A DNA stretch of 64,000 bases from assembly GCA_041178425.1 (NCBI GenBank), contig JBEGVH010000009.1, positions 128,001 to 192,000 of the forward strand, read 5' to 3'. The position numbers and the translations under genes are program-made. The number at the start of each line of letters is the position of its first letter. Positions within the stretch are counted from its first letter, which is position 1. Origin of the DNA: Pseudomonadota bacterium (GTDB lineage: Bacteria > Bdellovibrionota > Bdellovibrionia > Bdellovibrionales > Bdellovibrionaceae). Positions 58,036 through 64,000 of this stretch are shown here, one piece after another. The notes beneath the pieces are model-generated. The model ran no database searches, was not told the origin of the DNA, and saw only the letters and a list, made by a program, of their open reading frames with translations.

Positions 58036-59427
58036 ATGGAAACTACTCTGGTAAAAACAGTCTATCGAGAAACAGAAAAGTTTTTAGATAAAGAAATCCA
58101 TCTTTCTGGATGGGTACGTAAAATTCGTGATCAGAAAAATTTTGGGTTCATCGAATTGAATGACGGAACTTTTTTTAAAGGGCTCCAAGTCGTATTTGAT
58201 ACCAAGCTCGCGAATTTTGAGGAAGTGGCCAAACTTCCAATTTCTAGCTCGATTCATGTCTTCGGAAAACTAGTAAAATCCCAAGGGGCTGGACAAGCCT
58301 TTGAAGTGATCGCTCACAAAATTGAAATTGTTCAAGTGGCCGATCTTAAATACCCCCTTCAGAACAAACGTCACAGTTTCGAATTCTTGCGAGAAATTGC
58401 GCATCTTCGCCCTCGCACCAACACTTTTTCTGCGGTGTTTCGAGTTCGCTCCGTCTTAGCTTTTGCTATCCATAAATTTTTCCAAGAAAACGGCTTCGTC
58501 AACGTTCACACTCCTATTATCACGGGCTCTGACTGTGAAGGTGCGGGTGAAATGTTTCGAGTCACTACACTCAAACTTGACAAGCCTCCTCGCAAGGCCG
58601 ATGGCACTATCGATAGTTCCCAGGACTTTTTTGGAAAAGAAACGAACCTCACCGTGAGTGGCCAATTGAATGGAGAGACTTATTGTGCGGCGTTCAGAAA
58701 CATCTATACCTTCGGTCCTACTTTCCGCGCTGAGAACTCAAATACATCAAGACACGCCGCTGAGTTTTGGATGATTGAACCTGAGATCGCCTTTGCTGAT
58801 CTGTCTGCCGACATGGAACTCGGCGAAGCCATGATCAAGTACATCGTTCGTTACGTGATGGATCAGTGCCCCGAAGAAATGGAATTTTTCAACCAATATA
58901 TTGAGAAGGGTCTGTTCGATAAACTCAACAACCTACTAAACAACGACTTTGCTCGCGTGACATACACTGAGGCGCTAGAGATCCTTAAAAAATCTGGAAA
59001 AAAATTCGAATACCCTGTTGATTGGGGCATCGATATGCAATCAGAACACGAACGCTACCTCGCAGAGGAACACTTTAAAAAACCCGTGTTCGTAACAGAT
59101 TATCCAAAAGAAATTAAAGCTTTCTACATGAAACTTAATGAGGATGGAAAAACCGTGCGTGCCATGGACCTTCTTGCACCGGGGATTGGCGAAATCATTG
59201 GCGGCTCTCAAAGAGAAGACCATCTGGAAACTCTCGAAGCTCGAATGAAAGAAGTGGGTTTAAATCCCGAAGACTATTCATTCTATCTCGATTTACGCCG
59301 CTATGGCAGCTTCCCTCATGCGGGATTCGGTCTCGGTTTTGAGAGAATGATGATGTACCTCACTGGCATGACAAACATCCGTGACGTCATTCCGTTCCCT
59401 CGAACGCCAAATAATGCTTTGTTTTAA
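58036..59427 (+). CDS. asnS: Asparagine--tRNA ligase
   Basis: OB-fold [52 protein letters not shown]. Confidence 0.98.
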   Translation: METTLVKTVYRETEKFLDKEIHLSGWVRKIRDQKNFGFIELNDGTFFKGLQVVFDTKLANFEEVAKLPISSSIHVFGKLVKSQGAGQAFEVIAHKIEIVQVADLKYPLQNKRHSFEFLREIAHLRPRTNTFSAVFRVRSVLAFAIHKFFQENGFVNVHTPIITGSDCEGAGEMFRVTTLKLDKPPRKADGTIDSSQDFFGKETNLTVSGQLNGETYCAAFRNIYTFGPTFRAENSNTSRHAAEFWMIEPEIAFADLSADMELGEAMIKYIVRYVMDQCPEEMEFFNQYIEKGLFDKLNNLLNNDFARVTYTEALEILKKSGKKFEYPVDWGIDMQSEHERYLAEEHFKKPVFVTDYPKEIKAFYMKLNEDGKTVRAMDLLAPGIGEIIGGSQREDHLETLEARMKEVGLNPEDYSFYLDLRRYGSFPHAGFGLGFERMMMYLTGMTNIRDVIPFPRTPNNALF

Positions 59428-59432
59428 AGGAT

Positions 59433-59466
59433 AAAAAAAAGGGTAACCACTTGGTTACCCTTTTTT
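59433..59466. terminator. Bidirectional intrinsic terminator
   Basis: AAAAAAAAGGGTAACCA-CT-TGGTTACCCTTTTTT between convergent genes. Confidence 0.9.
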
Positions 59467-59482
59467 GATTAGATCCTCTCTC

Positions 59483-60148
59483 TTAAAAACAGCGCCACTC
59501 TTCTCCCCATCGGTCCTGTAGCAACGGAAGAATTTCTAATCGAAGTCCATTCTCTAGAGTGACTTCTAGATTGTTATAACCAAGATTAAGAAAATTAGTT
59601 CCTCGGTTAATCGCCTCCATCGCCGCATCAACTCGCGGAGAGGACTGGAGTGCCTCAATAAATCTGCCTATACCTCCTCCTCCATAACAAATAGTTCTTA
59701 CAAACTCATTGAGCTCTATTTCCATTGAATTGAAACGTCTCACAAAGATGTTTTCTAGATTGAGTGTCGTTGTGTTTGTATAGATATAGTAACGAGCTTC
59801 AAAGTCTTTCACCTTAAACACTTCCAAAGTACCCGTTCCCAAGCGGGGCGGATAGCTCACAAGCCTTTCAACGTTATTCTTATCTCCACTAAAAAACCCA
59901 TGAGCCACAATCACCTGTTGCTTGTTCATGAGATCACAGTTTTTTGCACGGGGGTAAAAATAGATTTCTTTTCTTAAGCCATTGTCTAAAGCCGATCTCT
60001 CGAGGAGCCCGATGAGCTTGTGCTGAATGTTTTGCTGGCATTGCTCTAGCGTTACGGGCACATAAGCCCTCATATACACCGTCTCTGCCTTCACCAGTGA
60101 AATTGGCATTGCTATAAAGAAGAGACCTAACATCAACAAATTTTTCAT
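59483..60148 (-). CDS. Secreted hypothetical protein
   Basis: Signal peptide MKNLLMLGLFFIAMPISLVKA from ATG 60148. Confidence 0.7.
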   Translation of the reverse strand: MKNLLMLGLFFIAMPISLVKAETVYMRAYVPVTLEQCQQNIQHKLIGLLERSALDNGLRKEIYFYPRAKNCDLMNKQQVIVAHGFFSGDKNNVERLVSYPPRLGTGTLEVFKVKDFEARYYIYTNTTTLNLENIFVRRFNSMEIELNEFVRTICYGGGGIGRFIEALQSSPRVDAAMEAINRGTNFLNLGYNNLEVTLENGLRLEILPLLQDRWGEEWRCF

Positions 60149-60317
60149 GCATTTAACCTTTCGGCCCCTTTTGGGACCTCTGAAATTCGGATTTTCATTA
60201 GGCATTAACTAACTTTTAGACTCGAGGCCGTCAACGCCGAAGCCAGTACTCTTTCTCTTTTACCAACCCAAAAATCGGTATGTTTCTTGATCTCTAGGGT
60301 GACCAGTCGAGGTCAAG

Positions 60318-62663
60318 ATGGGTCAGATCAAATTTAACCAAGGAAAGGAGCGCCGAAGTGGCGTTCTACTGACGACACTTCTAACACTCGCCTTGCAATT
60401 GCCGGCACTCGCGGGAGCAAACTCCGTCCGCCTTTGCGTAGAAACGCTCCAGCCAACGGCCGCTAACTCTTCTTCAGAAGACCTGGCGCCCCTCAAACAA
60501 GCCATTTTAGAAACTTATATAGACTCCCTTTCTATTAGCCTTATGGAACAAGGGCAAAAGGACCTCTCCAATCGACTTAAATTTGCGAAATCAGGCCTCT
60601 TAAAAGATCTGGCCCAAACCCCTTGGAACTCTCAAACAGAGCTTTTGATAGACCTCACTCGTCGATCGCAGGTTCGCCTCCAAACCGACTCCCAAGAGCA
60701 ATACTTTGTACGAAAGGCTGCCAAGCATGCTATTTCCTACCTGGATCTGAAGAACGCTCCCTTCTTTACAATCCTTCATGACCTTCGTTTTTCGAGCCAG
60801 CAAGACGATGTGCAATTTTCATTTGGTCACAGTCGCGACTCTTTTAGTCGCGACCTTGCTCACACAAATTGGTCGGGTATTGAATTTTATATTGCTAATC
60901 GCTTGGGGCCCCTCTCTGCTGTTCTCGATAACCTCACCCCTGCAGACCGAGTAATTCTTTCAAATATTTCGATCGATTCCCTCTCGCCATTTTTTGGTGA
61001 TGGTGACCAAATAGCTCGGCTCGAACTACCTTTGGCAAGCTATGAAAAAGAAATCTACTGGGTGATTCACCCTCACCAACGTCGCACTCTTTTAATCACA
61101 AATTTTGGTGGTAGTTTTTACCTCCAGCATTTCGAGGCGATGGTTCGACGCCGCCTCTTAAAAAATGATGGTAATATTCCTGTTGTTCGCATCGAATCAC
61201 CTAAGCTCTATGAGAAAAAATCAAACCAACTCCTGCAGTTTGTAGTGGCCCATTCGGCCTCTTTCGCCGATGTGACAGCTATTGCCATTGGCTACACAGA
61301 GGCCGTGCACAAGCAGTTTGCACCTTACCTGCATCAAGAAATAAATTCCACAGGCATCGAAACTCAATCCAAACTCTGGAGTGCAAATATTTACAAACTT
61401 CCGAATGGTGAAACCCTAGCTCTCCTCAAAGGCGATGTAGGAACCCATGGCGAGGTTTTGGGTCGGCAGGTAGAAAAGGCCCTTACCGCACTTCCAAAGT
61501 TGCGAAAATTCTTTTTTGGCGGCTCTGGTGGAAGTTTAAAATCAACGATGCCTTACAGTTTGAAATTTCCAAACTTTGTTGAAACGCCCAATGGAAAAAT
61601 TAAAAATCTCTTCAAAGATGCTTCGTGGAATTTTGGCCACTTCAGCGTAGAAACGCCCCTTATTGAAACCCCTCAATTACTCCATACCAAATTGCACCAA
61701 GATCTTGGCACCGTCGACATGGAGGTGAGTACTTTAGCCGCAATACTTGATAAACATGGTATCGAGCTTGGCTCTGCCATTTTAGTTACCGACTATCCTC
61801 TTTCGCGCCGTGTTTTTGAAAAAGTGCAACTCGGTGATCAAGACTTTCAAGCGAAGAGACAAGCCCGAGCCCTCTATGCCCAGGCCATCGAGCTATCTCT
61901 ACGAGGGCAAAACGAACTTTTAATTCAACCCATTGAGCAAAAGAATCAGAAAAACCTTAGTACCTTATCGAAAGGCTATCTCGAAACTATTCGCCGCCGG
62001 GTCCGTTGGCCTCTAACCCCCGAGGAGGAGCGTCTCCTTGAAAAATATGAAAACTTGCCCTGGCGAACCGTGATTCGAGTGAGTCCTGGCAGACTTCACT
62101 GGATGCTCCAAGATCAGGTTTTGCTGTCAACCAAACAGGTCACTCACTTTTACAATGCACCGGTGAAGCCATTCACCCCCGACATTGAAGAACAAATGTT
62201 TGGTGCCTATGATTATGTTTTTGCTCAATATGGATTTAATCTCGGACATCCCCAGTATGGAGAGATTGTCATTGAACTCAAAGACGATGTTCCCGTCAAG
62301 CGGGGCTGGGCGACTCCTTTTTCGGGATGGTACGCAAAAAATAAAACGGACTCTCCAGAGGCGGCGCTCAAGTATCTAAGTTCCAGGGTCGTGAACGGAA
62401 CTGACCTCAAAGAGCTAATGAAGCTGCGATGGATTGATTATATTCAAAGGCTTTCAGCCCCAGAGCGGCAATCCCTCCTGGACGCTTCGCCCGAAGACTT
62501 GATGACCTCTTGCCGACAACTGAGTTGCGACAAAATGGAGGTAAAAATTCCTTCGTTTATTGATCTCGACGAAATAAAACGTGTTTACCTCCCCGAGCAC
62601 CTAAGATCGGCCTTTGAGGATCGCTTGAAAAACGAAGGCCTCGAAACGATAAATTTACCCTAA
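60318..62663 (+). CDS. Probably secreted multidomain protein: nucleoside phosphorylase/nucleosidase-like domain plus DUF3626/DarT-like ART-fold domain
   Basis: Signal-like LLTTLLTLALQLPALA; FFFGGSGGSL, SVETPLIET, VDMEVSTL, AILVTDYP; then RLHWMLQDQVLLS, EEQMFG.YDYVF, QYGEIVIELK, MEVKIPSFIDLDEIKRVY. ORF is solid, domain calls are inference. Confidence 0.6.
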   Translation: MGQIKFNQGKERRSGVLLTTLLTLALQLPALAGANSVRLCVETLQPTAANSSSEDLAPLKQAILETYIDSLSISLMEQGQKDLSNRLKFAKSGLLKDLAQTPWNSQTELLIDLTRRSQVRLQTDSQEQYFVRKAAKHAISYLDLKNAPFFTILHDLRFSSQQDDVQFSFGHSRDSFSRDLAHTNWSGIEFYIANRLGPLSAVLDNLTPADRVILSNISIDSLSPFFGDGDQIARLELPLASYEKEIYWVIHPHQRRTLLITNFGGSFYLQHFEAMVRRRLLKNDGNIPVVRIESPKLYEKKSNQLLQFVVAHSASFADVTAIAIGYTEAVHKQFAPYLHQEINSTGIETQSKLWSANIYKLPNGETLALLKGDVGTHGEVLGRQVEKALTALPKLRKFFFGGSGGSLKSTMPYSLKFPNFVETPNGKIKNLFKDASWNFGHFSVETPLIETPQLLHTKLHQDLGTVDMEVSTLAAILDKHGIELGSAILVTDYPLSRRVFEKVQLGDQDFQAKRQARALYAQAIELSLRGQNELLIQPIEQKNQKNLSTLSKGYLETIRRRVRWPLTPEEERLLEKYENLPWRTVIRVSPGRLHWMLQDQVLLSTKQVTHFYNAPVKPFTPDIEEQMFGAYDYVFAQYGFNLGHPQYGEIVIELKDDVPVKRGWATPFSGWYAKNKTDSPEAALKYLSSRVVNGTDLKELMKLRWIDYIQRLSAPERQSLLDASPEDLMTSCRQLSCDKMEVKIPSFIDLDEIKRVYLPEHLRSAFEDRLKNEGLETINLP

Positions 62664-62710
62664 GAAAGAAAAGATAATTGTTGCCGGTTGAGCGATTCGT
62701 TGACGTTAAA

Positions 62711-63448
62711 TCACCGAGATGAGCCCCTTCGCTTTTTGCCAAGATAGGTCGCGCGCATTTTCTCAGGGAGTCTTTCGATGGCGTAGCGAAGCATGGTTCT
62801 CGGCATTTTCGCAGAATTTTGATTCAGAAAATTAAGCAACACCGACTCATTGCGCTTGCCGATCTCTCGCAGCATCCAGCCTGTCGCTTTGTGAATCAAA
62901 TCGTGCTGATCATTGAGTAGTTTTTTGGAAATCCAAAGCGTCTCTTCAAAATCATTTAAGCGAATAAAATAAAAAGTTGAGACAATCGCAATTCGCCGTT
63001 CCCAGAGATCCTCAGAGCCGGAAAGTTGTCGCAACAGGCGACGATCACGATCAAAGAGGTAGCCTCCGACAATCGCTGGTGCCGTCACATCCACAAGATC
63101 CCAATTATTGATGGCGCTTCGATGATTGAGGTAAAAATCAAAAGTAGCTCTCATTGAAAGAGCGTCGTTCTTGCTTTGTGCTTTCTTAAACTGAAGAGTC
63201 AAAATAACAAGGGCGAGCATTCGCTCCTCGTGCAGAGGTGAGCCCAACAAAGGGATTAGCTCTACGGGTGAAATTGAAACAAACTCAACGGCGATGACTC
63301 TGATCTCTGGCATCGTCACACCCAAAAAGATGTCACCATGCCCATACTCACCCGGGCCCGTTTTAAAAAAACTTTGGAGAACTTTTGCTTTGGCAGGCTT
63401 GGCGTTCGCTTTTAATCTTTGTTTTAAAATCGCTGCGGTCATTTGCAA
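62711..63448 (-). CDS. DNA alkylation repair protein (AlkD-like HEAT-repeat family)
   Basis: FFKTGPGEYG.GDIFLGV, NNWDLVD, LWERRIAIVST, DLIHKATGWMLREIGK, MPRTMLRYAIE. Confidence 0.92.
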   Translation of the reverse strand: MQMTAAILKQRLKANAKPAKAKVLQSFFKTGPGEYGHGDIFLGVTMPEIRVIAVEFVSISPVELIPLLGSPLHEERMLALVILTLQFKKAQSKNDALSMRATFDFYLNHRSAINNWDLVDVTAPAIVGGYLFDRDRRLLRQLSGSEDLWERRIAIVSTFYFIRLNDFEETLWISKKLLNDQHDLIHKATGWMLREIGKRNESVLLNFLNQNSAKMPRTMLRYAIERLPEKMRATYLGKKRRGSSR

Positions 63449-63654
63449 TTCTTCATGGTTAATAGTGGGAAATTGTCATTTAATTATATGTTAGCAATAA
63501 GCAAAGTACCCAGGCAATCCAAGTACTAAACCAAAAGCTATTAACAGAAGGAAAAGTTTTAGAATATTTAAAAGCATGTGACGGCAGCCGGATCAACTCC
63601 CCTGAAAGACCGCAGAAATGGAAATTTATCCAAAAGGCCTTCGTTTCAGAAAGA

Positions 63655-63676
63655 GAGGCCTAGCAAACTAGGCCTC
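63655..63676 (-). terminator. Probable intrinsic terminator
   Basis: GAGGCCTAG-N4-CTAGGCCTC hairpin just after the stop of the edge ORF, followed by TCTTTC on the minus strand. Confidence 0.6.
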
Positions 63677-63685
63677 ATTGTTGTC

Positions 63686-64000
63686 TTAAAGTTGTCTAGT
63701 GAATGTCACTTCTCCCCAAGAGTTTCCGGTGCCAGCGGCAGCGCTGGTGGTTGTAAAGGTCTTGTTTTGAGTGGAGCTCATGCTTCCAGTGGGATCAAAA
63801 CCAAAAATAGTGCCCGTAAGCTGGGTTCCCAAGTTGTAACGAATATCCCAATTTGAGCTTGAGTTTCTGGTAATCGCGGTGCTGTCGAGCGCGCCTGGAG
63901 TGGTCGTTGAATAATTGGCCCCTTTAATCACGGTGAATGAATTATCATCATCAGGCATTAAGGACGCAAGGATGGGATTGCCTGAGGGGTCAAGTATCAG
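63686..64000 (-). CDS. C-terminal fragment of a Ser/Thr/Gly-rich beta-strand (likely extracellular) protein; runs off right edge
   Basis: Frame is open from 64000 (LILDPSGNPILASLMPDDD...WGEVTFTRQL*). Confidence 0.7.
   Translation of the reverse strand: MILDPSGNPILASLMPDDDNSFTVIKGANYSTTTPGALDSTAITRNSSSNWDIRYNLGTQLTGTIFGFDPTGSMSSTQNKTFTTTSAAAGTGNSWGEVTFTRQL

Noticed and set aside
220..63856. Numerous short antisense or alternate-frame ORFs in the track (e.g. 220-495, 2686-3252, 13307-13837, 39244-39654, 63578-63856)
   Set aside because: They lie within or opposite well-supported genes and lack motifs or RBS; treated as shadow ORFs
1..64000. tRNA/rRNA genes, CRISPR arrays, IS elements, prophage
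   Set aside because: No cloverleaf/T-loop signatures in intergenic DNA, no regularly spaced repeats, and no transposase, integrase or phage protein motifs seen by eye

Overview
Gene-dense bacterial chromosomal window of about 55 CDS, moderately AT-rich. I saw no rRNA, tRNA, CRISPR array, integrase, transposase or prophage genes. Gene content and order suggest a Bdellovibrionota (Bdellovibrio-like predator); this is inference from nuoB-nuoCD without an upstream nuoA, many secreted proteases and hypotheticals, a stand-alone fliL and frequent sigma-28-like promoters. Housekeeping: nuoB/nuoCD, macAB, iscS-mnmA-mtaB-rnc-era-der, lptD, sppA-HIT-rhomboid, an M16 peptidase pair, ilvE and asnS. Most notable: (1) a three-gene MotB/ZorB-like + MotA/ZorA-like + FHA/coiled-coil/TM module at 21.8-26.8 kb, a candidate uncharacterised ion-driven envelope motor that lacks flagellar, Tol/Exb and ZorC/D/E partners in this window; (2) a 781-aa probably secreted protein at 60.3-62.7 kb fusing a nucleoside-phosphorylase/nucleosidase-like domain to a DUF3626/DarT-like ADP-ribosyltransferase-like domain; (3) a complete hypFEABCD [NiFe]-hydrogenase maturation operon with no hydrogenase in the window; (4) several sigma-28-like promoters only 7-11 nt from start codons; (5) a secreted phospholipase-A2-like protein, an orphan AlkB and a SleB-type wall hydrolase. 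All calls come from reading motifs by eye; no database searches were run.
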